A DNA stretch of 64,000 nt from assembly GCF_963921235.1 (NCBI RefSeq), contig NC_086097.1:154816001-154880000 (forward strand). The letters are read 5' to 3'. Positions 1 through 12,419 of this stretch are shown piece by piece. A program made the position numbers and the translations under genes. How positions within the stretch are numbered: the stretch's first letter is position 1; the number at the start of each line of letters is the position of its first letter. Under the pieces are notes generated by a model. That model worked only from the letters and a program-made list of their open reading frames with translations. It made no database searches and had not been told where the DNA came from. The DNA comes from Mobula hypostoma. Lineage: Eukaryota.

Positions 1-229
1 CTGAACACCACAACATTGTGCTACCAGTCCTGTCCCTCCCGCAACTGGCTACAATATCATAATTTCACATGCCAATTCATGCTTTTAACTCATCTGCCTT
101 AACTACTGTACTCCTTCCATTGAATATCTGCAACTCGGAACATTGGTCCTACTACAGCCTTTTGTTTTCAGTCTTTGCATGAAAGCTTAAAATCTACTTT
201 CCCCACAGCCACTCCACTTGGTGACCTCT

Positions 230-440
230 GATTGAACCTCCTCCAGTTCAGGTGCAAAAGTCCTGTTTGTACAGGTCCCACCTTCCGTTAAAAAGAGCCC
301 AATGATCCAAAAATGTGAAGCCCTCCATCCTGCACCATTTCCCGAGCCATGGGTTAAATCGCATCATCTGCTTAATTCTAACCTCACTAATATGTGACAT
401 GGATAGAAATCCCGAGATTACCACCCTGGAGATGAAAGTC
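230..440 (-). mobile_element. CR1 LINE ORF1 (SGNH esterase-like) fragment; more of it at ~1240-1680
   Basis: ORF 248..484 contains WC..EGF.FLDHW..F.GRWDLYK, typical of the CR1 ORF1 esterase C-terminus. Confidence 0.7.
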
Positions 441-499
441 AAAGTAAGTTTTTTTATCAAAGTATATAGAGTATATGTCACCATACACTAGCTCGAGGT

Positions 500-1120
500 G
501 TCAAAATGATTGTGGTGAGTCTAGTGTGGCAGTGGCGTAGTGGAACGTGCTTGTCACTCTCACTTTCAGCTTCCACCGCTGGCTAGCAATCCATCAAAAA
601 GGAGAGCTGAATGTGTAAGTCCCTCCCTGCCAGTACATAGCCTCTCCAACAGCAAACCTCATGTAGTGCCTCCTCACTGGTGACACATGGAAATTGAACT
701 CACTTCGGACTCAGACTGAACTACAGAGGATGGGGAGGAGGTCTGGCCCCTGCACACGTAGCACACTGGCCCACTGGCGTGTGGACGTGCCCTGGTACTC
801 TTGAACCAGATCCCCAACTATGGGTAAATAGCCCCACTGCCTTGTGGGCAGCCTCAGGAGAGACAAAGACAATGGGAGTAAACCCAGACAGAAAATCTGG
901 AGTGGAGTCCCTAAGGCAGCTGGACATCATTGAACATCCCTCCGGCAGCTCCTGCAGCCAAGCTGGTGCCAAACGTATTGCATCCTAAGTTTTCCTTGGG
1001 CTACACTGGTGAGGCCGAGAGGGAGATCTTGGCAACTGCGCATCTCAGGATCTCCATACCTTGTGCCCAGGCTTGAGATGATGATGATCATCACCCATTG
1101 TCCTTCAAAACAGATGGATA
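500..1120 (+). repeat. Interspersed repeat; related copy at ~43430-43815
   Basis: Shared blocks tgggagtaaa-cc...tccctaaggcagc and ggtgccaa..gtattg...ccttgg in both places; the 3' part also resembles the SINE at 2117-2416. Confidence 0.6.
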
Positions 1121-2116
1121 CAAATGATACTACCTTGAGATATATTTTCTTGCAGGCATTTACAGGAAAATAAATAAATACTATACAATTTATGAAATAC
1201 TATTTATAAAAAAGACTGACAAACAATGTGCAAAATTAACTTAACATCTAACTCTCTGAACTCACTTTGCAGGACCTCTGCCTATGTCAATGATACCAAT
1301 GTGGACCACATTCTCTGGCTGCTCATCCTCCCTCTTGACAATACTGGGATTTAATCTGAGATATCTCTGGCCCTGGCATCTGGGAGCCTCATTCTTGGTC
1401 AGACAATCTCCTGGCTGCATCCCTAACCATTGAATAGCTTATCACTACTGCTTGCCTCGCCTCTGTCCTTCCTTCTGAGCTATAGAGTCAGACTCATCAC
1501 TGGAGACCTGACTGTGGCTTCCCTCTGCTCACTCATTCCTTTCCACCAACAGTATCCAAAAGGATATACTTATTATTGAGGGGAATGACTACATGTATAC
1601 CTTATACGGACTGCCTAATATTCCCTTTCCCTCTTCTGACAGTCACCAGTTACCTGTGTCCTGCAACTCATGACTAACTGGCTCTGTGACCTTAAGACTA
1701 TACAACAGGGGAGCAGAAATAGGCCATCTGGCCCATCAAATGGCCAATGGAATTGTTGTTTGCCTCTGAAACCAAGTAAGAGTGTCATCGTTGTTGGTTT
1801 GGCTTCTGGGACCATTCAAAAGGCTGATCAGGCTAGTTTGAACTTTATGCTGCCCATAATACATTGAATCAAGTATATCTCTTTGAGTGACACAATCATC
1901 AATAGACATACTATAGTGAGCATGACACTATTGCATTTCTATTCTGCCTCAGGAATTCTCTCAAGTTCAGTTCCAATCTTGATGAGGCTTCAGTTACTGA
2001 CATCTGGAGCTTTACAACCATCTCCGTGGTTCAAGATTGATGTAAGATAGAAAATACTTCATTTGATGACTGCAGCTCCAACAACTCTCAAAAAACTCAA
2101 TAACATCCAGGTAATA

Positions 2117-2416
2117 ATAAACCTATTAGTCTCGTGAGACCATGGATTTGTGCCTTGGAAGATTTCCAGGGCACAAGCCTGGTTAAGGTTATATGGAAGA
2201 CCGGCAGTTGCCTATGCTGCAAGTCTCCCCTCTCCACGCCACTGATGTTGTCCAAGGGAAGGGCACTAGGGCCAATACAGCTTGGCACTGGTGTCGTTGC
2301 AGAGCAATGTGTAGTCAAGTGCCTTGCTCAAGGAAACAACACGCTGCCTCAGCTGAAGCTCGAACTAGCGACCTTCAGATCACTAGACCGACGCCTTAAC
2401 CATTTGGCCATGCGCC
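2117..2416 (-). mobile_element. tRNA-headed SINE with 15-bp TSD
   Basis: Minus strand begins GGCGCATGGCCAAATGG (A box) and has GTTCGAGC (B box); TSD AACATCCAGGTAATA at 2102-2116 and 2417-2431. Confidence 0.88.
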
Positions 2417-2999
2417 AACATCCAGGTAATACAGCTAATTTTATGGACAACCCATCAACCATTCTGAGTGTTCATTCTTACCTCATCATCAGTAATTGAG
2501 GTATGTACTATCTACAAAATAGCATAACTAATTCATCTGTACCTTCCAAAACAGTACCCATCATAAAGAAGGATAAAGCTTGCAAGTTCACACAACTCTA
2601 GCATGAAAATATATTGCAGAGGCTAATCCCTGGAGATCACTCCCTAATAGCATTGTGGAAGTATCATGTTTTTTAGGATGCAAGTGTCCTGTCAAGGCAA
2701 GCATTTCCTGGTTGTTCCTATTTGCCTTGAGAACATGTTGATATTAGGAGCATCCTAAGAAGCCTGTGAAGTCATTTAATGATGGGATAATGGAATGGCG
2801 GAGCAGACACGATGGCCTAAATGACATAATTCTGCTCCGGTATCTTATGGTCTTAAAGAAATCATGGTGGATCTGACTGCAACTTCAAGTCCACCTTCCA
2901 GATTGCCTTTAGTGACATTTAACCTCATTTATCAAATATTAAATGCCTTCAAGAGTGGCACTCCTGATGTGAATTACAAAACTTAATTTCCTTCAAATC

Positions 3000-3430
3000 T
3001 CCCACCTCTCTTCTTGCTGCTGCCATCAGGAAGAAGGTGCAGGAGCATCAGGCCTCACACCACCTGGTACAGGTACTACCCATCAAACATCAGGCTCTTG
3101 AACCAAAGAGGATATCTTCACTTAACTTCACTTGCATCATCACTGAAATGTTTCACGACCAACGGACTCACTTTCAAGGACTCTTCATCTCATGATCTCA
3201 ATATTTATTGCTTATTGATTATTACTATTATTTCTTTCTTTTTGTATTTGCACAGTTTGTTGTCTTTTGCACGCTGGTTAAATGCCCAAGTTGGTGCAGT
3301 CTTTCATGAATCTGTTATGGTTATTATTCCATTGATATATTGAGTATGTTTGCAAGAAAATGAATATCAGAGTTGGATATAGTGACATATGTGTACGCTG
3401 ATAATAAAATTACTTTAAATTTTGAACTTC
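3000..3430 (+). mobile_element. 3' end fragment of a Rex1/Babar-like LINE
   Basis: LLPSGRR.RS C-terminal motif and an AATAAA tail, similar to 30420-30580 and 32000-32320. Confidence 0.6.
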
Positions 3431-4152
3431 AACCTCTATGAAGTAAATAGTGTTGTCTGGTCAATAGCAAACAATACCATATTTGGGGATAAGTAAACGG
3501 ACCATTAAGTAATAGATTTAAATACCTCAATAATTAATAATTCAAAGGACATTTAGACAAAATTGCTACATAGGGCCAAATGATACTAGGTAAAAATCAT
3601 TTGCATTAAAGACCAGTAAACAAGATTTTTCCAAAAGAAACATTTAGCCAGGCTCTGCTGGATTACTTACCTCTGCTGCCACCAGCTGGTAATTTTCTAA
3701 ATTCAGTTTTTGGGGGCAGATTTTGTAAGCACCAGAAAAAATTAGTTTTATTGCCCATCAAGAAGATGGAGGTGAATTAACTTATAAACAGCTTCTTTTC
3801 TGATGTATGTAGGACTTTCTACAGATGAAACAAGTATTTTATTTGTGCCTTCACAGAAAGAAAACACAGAAAGACTTTCTGGAAATAATAGAGATTGATA
3901 CTCAAAAGCAATTGAGAAGCTGAAAGAAATTTAATAGCATGATAGGTTTTTTGAAGGAGGTGACTTTCTAAACAGTGAATATACTAGCTATCGTCTTCAA
4001 AATGTTCATATATTCAGGAAAGGTTCCCAGAGCCTGGATGGTAAAAACTAAATCCACTGTCCCACCACCATTTAAGGAAGGATGGAATAAAAGAATTATA
4101 GATCAGCTTGACATTGAAATAACAGCATGTATTATAACTAAAATTGTAACAG

Positions 4153-6201
4153 TGTGGTGACCCACTTTCCAGCGCACTCGAACCAGCTCACAAAACGGCG
4201 CACACCGGCAGAAAGGCCGGCCCCAAAAAAGGCGCCAGGCCATCTTCACCAGCAGGGGGAGAAACCCGCGTGCCGGAAGGGTCTGCGAATATGCATTCCC
4301 CACAGCAGTCCCGCCCAGGCAGGGCGGTAACGGGAAGGCTTTAAAGGAGGCCGCGAAGTTTGAATAAACCTCTTTTTTCGCAACTACAACTCACCGACTA
4401 CGTGTCATTATTCTAGCGGTGTGCAGCACACCACTACATTTGGTGACCCCGATGGCCCAAACGATATATGGGCCAGAGATGACCGACGTTGCATCTGTTC
4501 ATGCAGTTTCGTTAAAACTGCCAAGCTTCTGGATGCTGCGAACTCGCCAATGGTTCAAACAAGCAGAAGCCCAATTCCACATTCGGCAGATAACCTCGGA
4601 TTCCACTCGTTACTACTATGTGGTGAGCTCCCTCGACCAGGAGAGAGCCACACAAGTGTATACAGTCGCCCCCAAAGGACGGCAAATACACAGCATTCAA
4701 AGCCCTGCTCATAAGGACTTTCGGACTCTCACGGTGCGAACGAGCACGCCGCTTAATGCACCTGGATGGTTTGGGAGACAGGCCGCCATCGGCATTAATG
4801 AATGAAATGCTGGCCCTGGCTGAAGGACTGCCTGGCAGCGGCGAGTTTTCGAATCCATTCACAACTTAGCACACCCCTCCATGAGGACAACCGTCCGGCT
4901 GGTTTCCAACAAGTTCGTTTGGCATGGACTTCATAAACAGGTCAGTGAATGGACCAAAACGTGCATGCAGTGCCAAACGGCCAAGGTGCAGCGGCACACC
5001 AAGGCTCCGCCACAGCAGTTCGAACCCACCCGCCGGAGGTTCGACCACATTCATGTGGATATTGTAGGGCCCCTGCCAGTGTCCTCCTAACTATCGTAGA
5101 CCGTTTCACCAGATGGCCAGAGGCGGTCCCGCTCACCGACACCACCTCCGAATCCTGCGCCCGAGCACTGATCGCAACCTGGGTAGCATGCTTTGGGGTA
5201 CCAGCCCACATTACCTCCGACAGGGGCGCCCAGTTCACCTCCAGCCTGTGGTCAGCTATGGCCAGCCTTTTAGGAACACAGCTACACCACACAACTGCCT
5301 ACCACCCACAGTTAAACGGAGTAGTGGAGCGTTTCCACCATCACCTGAAGTCGGCTCTCATAGCCCGCCTGAAAGGGCCTAACTGGGTGGACGAACTTCC
5401 CTGGGTCCTGCTCGGAGTCCACACAGCGCCCAAAGAGGATCTGCACACCTCGTCGGCCGAGTTGGTGTATGGCGCACCCCTGGTAGTCCCAGGAGAGTTC
5501 ATATCGACCCCAAGGGGACAAGAGAAGGAACCCGCAGCAGTCCTGGACAGACTACGGGAGAAGCTTGGTAACCTGGCCCCCATACCCACTTCACAGCATG
5601 GACAGAGCCCGACCTGCGTACCCGAAGACCTGCAGAACTGTAAATTTCTTTTTGTACGACGGGTCGGACACCGGGCACCACTACAGCGGCCCTCCGAGGG
5701 GCCGTTTAAGGTGATCAGGAACAACAGGTCCACGTTCGTGCTGGACATTGGGGGGAGAGAGGAGGTCTTCACAGTGGACAGACTCAAACCGGCCCATGTG
5801 GACTTGGTGCAGCCGGTCTGGGCTCAGGCACCGCGGCGCAGGGGCAGACCTCCCAAACACAGGCTGATCCAGACTGTGGACATTGGGGGATGTATCGCCG
5901 GTTCTGGGGGGTTATGTGGCGACCCACTTTCCAGCGGACTCGAACTGGCTCACAAGATGGTGCGCGCCAACAGAGAGGCTGGCCCCAAAAAGGGCGCTAG
6001 GCCATCTTCACCAACAGGGGGAAGAACCCGCGTGCGGAAAGGGTCTGCAAATATGCATCCCCACAGCAGTCCCACCCGGGGAGGGCGGGAACAGGAAGGC
6101 TTTAAAGCAGGCCGCAAAATTCGAATAAACCTCTTTTTTCACAACTACAACTCACCGACTGCGTGTCGTTATTCTAGCGCTGTGTGTAGCACACCGCTAC
6201 A
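4153..6201 (+). mobile_element. Internally deleted Gypsy LTR retrotransposon (CsRn1/Kabuki-like)
   Basis: LTRs 4153-4438 and 5915-6201 (TG...CA); TSD ACAG at 4149-4152 and 6202-6205; PBS TGGTGACCCCGA at 4441; G-run PPT just before 5915; gag start (VSLKLPSFW..WFKQAEAQF); integrase HHCC and D,D,E core; no protease, RT or RNase H. Confidence 0.93.
4441..4454 (+). promoter_or_regulatory. Primer-binding site complementary to the tRNA-Trp 3' end
   Basis: TGGTGACCCCGATG, 2 nt after the 5' LTR; tRNA-Trp ends ...CGUCGGGGUCACCA. Confidence 0.8.
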
Positions 6202-6205
6202 ACAG

Positions 6206-8625
6206 GACATTTATAATTACATTTGTTATGGTCCAGATGGAAATATAAAGGGAAATTTTATTTGGCAAATCTGTTTGGGGCTTTTGAAATTGTTACTAAC
6301 CAAGCAGATAAGGATTCACCAGTTGATGTGTTGCACTTGAGTACAGAAAGTATTCAATAACATTCGACTTCAAAGGATTTAAACAAATCAAGAGCACAAA
6401 ATATTGAGGGTCATATATGTTTGTGGAATGAGGATTGGTTAAAGAACAGAAAACTGACTGTAGGGATAAACAGTGCATTTTCATGATGGAAACCTGTGAT
6501 GAGCGGTGTGTAGCAAGGTTCAATAAGCAAGCTGCTTATTATTTGTTTTAATATTTCAAATGAGAAAAAAAAAACAACCATAGTCCATCCAGGAAGCATC
6601 AGAGGGCTATAGGTAGGTTAATGAATGAATGGGGACCAAACAGATGGAACATACTCCGAAAAGAAATCATTCACTTAGGTAGGAAAAGTAGTCAGGTGGT
6701 TATTTTATAGAGAGAGATGGTGCACAAATACTGAAAAATAAAGTGAAGGTAAGCCAAGCAATTAAGAAGGTGAATGGCCTTTACTGCAGTAAGATTTGAA
6801 TACCAGAGTAAGTAAATCTCACTGCAATTATATCCGGCCCTGGCAAAATGCACCTGGAATGATGTGCACACGTCTAGTCCGAGGAAGGAACAGGTACAGC
6901 AAAAGTTCACCAGACTGTGAGATTTGTCCTCTGAGAAGAGAGAACGCATGTTGAATCCATTCTCAATAGAAGTTTGACAATCTCTCCGAAATGCAAGTTA
7001 CAGTAGTTGAAAAGGTTGATGCAGGGAAGGTATTTCCCCTGGCTAGAGTGTCTGAAAATAGCAGGAGAGATGAAAAGAATTTTGTTCATCCAGACGATGG
7101 CAAATATTTGGATTTCTCCATTCAAGACTGCTGTAAGAGGCTCCAATGCTGAGAATGACAGGTTTTTGAACATAAAGGAATTCAGTTGAATTCAATTGAT
7201 TAAGTAGAGGTAAAAATTCAGATGCATGGTCAGGGATTTAAATCTGTCAGATCTTGGAGGGGCATACATGTGCATTCCTCCTGTTACAGAGTGGAAGCAA
7301 TTTTTCTGTCTACAATCTCATGACCACAGAGAAATTTATAAAATTAAGGTTACAGTGATTTTTTTTCTCAAGATCGTGGATTGTAACACTTAAGGCCATA
7401 GGCTTAAGTGAAAGAGAGAATACTTCATGGGGTCTGAGGGGCATAGGGAGTGGTGGCATATGGAATGAATTTCCAAGGAAAGTGGTAGAGCAGTAGGAAA
7501 TCACAATGTTTATAGAATGTTTGGAGAAGTTCATGGATAGTAAAGGTTTAGAGGATGTATGTCAACAGCAGGCAAATGAGATTAATTTATATTGTCAGTT
7601 TGGTTGGCATGGCTGTTGAGCTGAAAGACCTGTTTCTGTGCTCTGTGGGTTTCCTCTGGGTACTCTGATTTCCTAACACATTCTAAAACGTATAGTTTAG
7701 TAGGTTAATTGGTCCCATGAGTGGAACTGGATGGCACAGACTCACTGTGCCAGATGGACCCGTTACTGTGCTGTGTCTTTAAATAAATAACTAACTCTCT
7801 GAGTCGTGTATCTACGGAGGCAAGGCAGAAAATGATATTTTACACACACTACTTTGCATTCTCTGCTGCTGCAAAATATTTCCTTACAGGTTTCTTTCTT
7901 CCACTTTTTACACCTGGTTGACAATTTAAAGGTAGCAAGGTCACTTGTAGATTGAGTCTGAGACACCGATAGCTTGAGGGGTTCACACTCAGACAAGATG
8001 TGGCATGTTCTCAGTGAGCTATGGGGTACATAGTCTACCAGTTGTACATTCATATTCATGAAACTTCCTTCAAAAATGGTCTTTATATCATGAAGACAAA
8101 GGCACTGGCGAGGCTGTATTTGGAATACTGTGTTCGATTTGGTCATCTTGCAAAAGGAAAGATGCCAAATGTGTGCAGAAGAGCTTTACAAAGATGTTGC
8201 TAGGACTTGAGGGACTGAGTTAAGGATGGAGGTTGAACAGTTTGGAATGTTTTGTCGTTGGAACATGGGATTATGAGGGGCACGGATTGGATGAATGTTA
8301 ATGGTCTTTTTTCCAGGTTTGGGAAATCAAGAGCTAGAGAGCGTAGATTTAAGATGAGAGGAGAGAGATTTAAAAGGAACCTGAGAGGTAACGTTTTTAC
8401 CCACTGGGGTGGGGGTGTCAGTTTATGGACTGATCTGACAGAGGAAATGGCGGAAACAAGTACATTGACAGCATTGAAAAGCATTTGGACAGGGACATGG
8501 ATGAGTAAGGCTTAGAGGAACATGGGCCAACCACAGGCAAATGGAACAAGCTTAGAAGGGACTCTTGGTAGGCATGGACCTGTTGGGCTGAAGGGCCTGT
8601 TTCTGTGCTGTATACCTGGATGACT
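6206..8625 (+). mobile_element. Degenerate CR1 LINE ORF2/3' fragments (several; the first continues from ~3890-4150 across the Gypsy insertion) with a SINE piece at ~7640-7790
   Basis: LEYCVRF, ..RGERFKRNLRGN.FT motifs and the ggccgaagggcctgtttctgtgctgta-type CR1 3' end. Confidence 0.75.
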
Positions 8626-8734
8626 CAAACCCACCAGAATCCATTTTGGTTAACTTTCTTAATTATACTTGTACAAAGTTACAGCTTTGACAATTTGAAA
8701 CATTGCTTCAGAAATCCTGATTGTTAATACTTAC

Positions 8735-8788
8735 AGGCTCTCCTGGCTCTCCAGGGGCTCCTTTTTCTCCTTTCTCTCCATTCAAGCC
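8735..8788 (-). CDS. COL22A1: Collagen exon, 54 bp: GLNGEKGEKGAPGEPGEP
   Basis: ctag|GGC...CCT|gtaagt. Confidence 0.94.
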
Positions 8789-9514
8789 CTAGGATAAAAA
8801 ACCAGAAAGGAACAGAAATAGCCGTCGGTCATTGCCGTCCAAGATCACAATGATATAGATTATTTTCTTGAGAGATTCTCTCTTGTTAATATAAAAATCT
8901 TTCGATATTGATTTCATGCTGAGAAATATGAAAAATGTCTCTTTGCTTTAAGAATTATCTACTATCAGAACCTTGCCGCTCATTCTCCTCAGCAGAATAT
9001 ATTTTTGTTTAATCATCCTTCACAGAATGTGGATGTCACCAAAAATCAAGAATTTGCTGAGCATGTTCTAATAAATAAACTATAAACTTCATGAATTGTT
9101 GAATTCTATGCTATGACATTCTTCACAAAATTCTGCTAGGTGGAAGTTTTAGTTCTTTTCAATTATGACAATATATTTCCTTGAGGAAATTTAGAAGTAG
9201 TGTGATGTTCCTATTCATCTGCTCCCTAATAATCTCACGAACAAAATTAGGAAGATATTTATATTGAGTTAATTGTTGCGAATGTATACACATACTGTAA
9301 AGTGGCTTTAGAAATTCAGATTCATTAAAGCTAAAGGAATTGGGGTTCCAAACTGCTCTCAGTACAAGTAATTGAGATCGAAATTGTGCACTGTAAAAGT
9401 CAAATGTGAGAGCTTCATTTGTATAATTATTTTACACTATGTCTTGGTGAATAATTCTATGTGGTATCGCCATCTGAAGTTATTAAAGAAAACTGATATT
9501 TATTCCAAGCTTAC

Positions 9515-9547
9515 CGGTATCCCAGGTACAGGAAAGCCATCAAGTGC
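9515..9547 (-). CDS. COL22A1: Collagen micro-exon, 33 bp: ALDGFPVPGIP (helix interruption)
   Basis: tttctttccag|GCA...CCG|gtaagc; in frame, same length and position as recalled TSLFTPHPRMP of COL22A1. Confidence 0.87.
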
Positions 9548-9762
9548 CTGGAAAGAAAAGAGGATAGACACTAAACTTAGCCTGAAATGTCAAATACTTG
9601 CTTGAAACTGCTTCAGTCTGCTGCACTAATTTTAGTCTGTGGGTGTGGTGGCTATTGACACGTTTACTTTGGAATTTTTGTTCTTCATTTGCATCACTGG
9701 AGTGCAATACCCTGCCAAGGTACAACCCAATGGAGTGTATGAGTCAATGGTTGCCACATATA

Positions 9763-10159
9763 CAGTATTGTGCAAAAGTCTTAGGCACGTACATACGAGG
9801 GGTGATTGATAAGTTCGCAGCCTTGGATAGAAGAAGTCAATTTTAGAAAACCTAGCACATTTAGTCCCTCTTACATTAACACACTTAGTCCAGCGGTTGT
9901 GGAGCATACGGATCCCTTCTTTGTAGAATTCGGCAACTTGGACCTCCAGAAAGTGGTCCACAGCAGGGGTGATTGATAAGTTTGTGGCCTATGATAGGAC
10001 ATGAGGTATTAACTTCAAACTTTCTGCATAACCACTCAAAGAGTTGAACTGCACGTGTATGTAACGAGAGCTATATAACTCAACTCCTTCTATCTTAGGC
10101 CACAAACTATCAATCACCACTCGTATAGCTAGGATGCCTAAGACTTTTGCACAGTACTA
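9763..10159. mobile_element. Tc1-type MITE with a nested mariner; partial second MITE copy at ~10361-10410
   Basis: TIR CAGTATTGTGCAAAAGTCTTAGGCA / TGCCTAAGACTTTTGCACAGTACT, TA-flanked. Confidence 0.8.
9796..10123 (-). mobile_element. Non-autonomous mariner element
   Basis: TA-CGAGGGGTGATTGATAAGTT ... AACTATCAATCACCACTCG-TA ends; retains mariner transposase C-terminus FYKEGIRMLHNRWTKCV. Confidence 0.82.
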
Positions 10160-10444
10160 TATTTGTCAACATAAAGCAGAGAGCAAGTTTGTAAATCCAG
10201 TGGAAGCAAAGGATGATGTCATTTGATTCTAAACAATTGGTTTATTAGTCATTACAGAATGTCTGTCTGGTGCTTCTATAAGTTTATCATCACTCACATG
10301 TCATGAAATTTGCTTTTTCTTGTGACAACAATACAGTTTAATACATAAAATTACTAAAATACTGTGCAAAAGTCTTAGGCACCCTAGCTATAGATATGTG
10401 CAGAGTACTATGTGTCAACAAATTATGGACTGGATCTTACTCAC

Positions 10445-10486
10445 CGTCCCTGGTAAGCCTGGAGAACCAGGGGGTCCAATAGATCC
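10445..10486 (-). CDS. COL22A1: Collagen exon, 42 bp: GSIGPPGSPGLPGT
   Basis: ctag|GGA...ACG|gtgagt; ends GLPGT like COL22A1. Confidence 0.93.
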
Positions 10487-10573
10487 CTAGAGCAGGAGAT
10501 GAAGAAATCACATGTAAATATGGACCAATATTTTATTGAAAATACATTACTATTTTAATAAAATATTTCCCAC

Positions 10574-10627
10574 CTTTTCACCCTTCTCTGCTTTTGGACC
10601 AATTGCACCTCGATCTCCTTGTTCTCC
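10574..10627 (-). CDS. COL22A1: Collagen exon, 54 bp: GEQGDRGAIGPKAEKGEK
   Basis: acag|GGA...AAG|gtggga; one Gly position is Ala. Confidence 0.9.
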
Positions 10628-11716
10628 CTGTGTAAACAAAACATGATATTTAAATAGTCCAAAAAATACAAATTAAAGACTACAACTTCTCCAGCGCCAT
10701 CAATATATTGTTTCATCTGAAAAAACACGATTCTTGCAGAACAGACTTTTTTTCACAGCACCACAGGGTGGTAAAAAAGGCTTTTAGCACACTGATCTTC
10801 ATTAGTCAGGGCACAAACATAGAACTAGGCACAGATCTCAGCGAAGATTAAAATGAACAAAAATAGGCAAGAAATTTTCACTGTATGGGACGATATATGT
10901 GGTGAGAGAAATAACTTTAATGTTGACCTTTCATCTTCAACCTGGAATCTTAACTCTTTTTCTTGTCACACATGCTCTTGACCATTGGAGTAGTTCTTGC
11001 ATTTTCTGTCACTATTTCATATTCCCAGAACCTATAATGTTTGGATTTCTGATAGAAGGACTTAAAATCTTCTGGTTTTCTTCTTTCATCATAAATGTTG
11101 TCCAGACTATTGAGTATCCTTAGCATTTAACTTCAGATTCTCAGTATCCACAGTAAAGTTATTCTCATTCATGAATACACTCAATGACTGAACTTCCAAT
11201 GTCTAAAGAATTCAAGAGTAAGGGTGATTTCTTTTTCTCAGTTCAGTCTAATACGACTGATACCTTTTCCAGAAAGTCTCGGTTAATGGCAACAATGATC
11301 AGCTGAAGTCTCAGTCAAGTTTATTGTCATATGCACAAGTACTGTGAACATTGAAGAATCTTACAGGCCCAAGTCCATTTGCAGAAGGAAGTGATATGTC
11401 CACCACTCATGTATCATACAAGCGTTCTTACACAGGGAGGATGGAAGGCTAGTTAAGAAAGTTTTGAAGTCCGGAGATATGAATGAGGGTTCACAATCGG
11501 AAAATATGAGGTTGTAACATATGTAACATTATCGAGAGGGAAGTTAGCCACCTGTGAATCACAAGATCTAAAGTCTTTGGTGAGCAGAGGGGTCTGTGGA
11601 TTATAATTTCACTTTTCTCACTGACTAGCTATATCTGGACTTAACCCAAAACCATGTAATTATAACTCAACATAACAGGCTGTCTAATCTTAAAGACGTT
11701 ACACAAAGTCACTAAC

Positions 11717-11779
11717 CTTTTCCCCTTTTAATCCCATTGAGCCTGGCAGTCCATGTGATCCTGGGAGGCCTGGTTCTCC
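11717..11779 (-). CDS. COL22A1: Collagen exon, 63 bp: GEPGLPGSHGLPGSMGLKGEK
   Basis: tcag|GGA...AAG|gttagt; visible inside ORF 11699..11905. Confidence 0.94.
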
Positions 11780-12397
11780 CTGAAAAGTCATTAAATACGG
11801 TGCGTGAGAAACATCAGTAATGGCATTGATTAAATCAATTCCATACTCATATCTTTGTAAGCTGGAAGTTAAACGGGACTGCATTGTGTCAAAATCATTG
11901 AACACTGTCTCTCAGAAATTGTTCATTAGTTGGATATTTTGTCTCAGGATAACAAGCTTATCCACTCCTTTATTTATCCAACAGAAAGTGAAAGTGTCAT
12001 TTCTGCACTCCCTATGGATGCCGCCATGTTATTTAACACGTCAAAGTTTTTACTATACCTTTGTATTAGGAACAAAAAAAACGACTGGATACAGGTTAAT
12101 GCAAGGTTTCACTCTGTGCATTTCAGTTTAGATGACTATATTTCATTGATGTGCAGCTTGATAAACCATCAAATACAGATGGAAGCACAATCTGCTGGAG
12201 GAATTCAGTGGGTTGAGCAGTATCTGTAGTCAGGGGAAGGAATTGTTGGCATTTTAGGTTGAAACCATGTATCCATTGAATCCTCCAGCGGATGTGTGTT
12301 GCTTCAGATTGCAGCATCTGCAATGACTTGTGTCTCCAATGACAGATGGGAGAGGCAGCAAAAACAATGGGTTTTAAAGCAGCAAAAAGTGAATTTA

Positions 12398-12419
12398 TAC
12401 ACACACACACACACACACA
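12398..12419. repeat. (CA)n microsatellite
   Basis: About 10 CA units. Confidence 0.9.

Noticed and set aside
2345..2416. tRNA gene
   Set aside because: It is the A/B-box head of a TSD-flanked SINE; no proper acceptor stem seen.
4949..6340. 463-aa ORF as a domesticated integrase gene
   Set aside because: It lacks the zinc finger and first catalytic Asp (other frame) and reads through the 3' LTR into flanking DNA.
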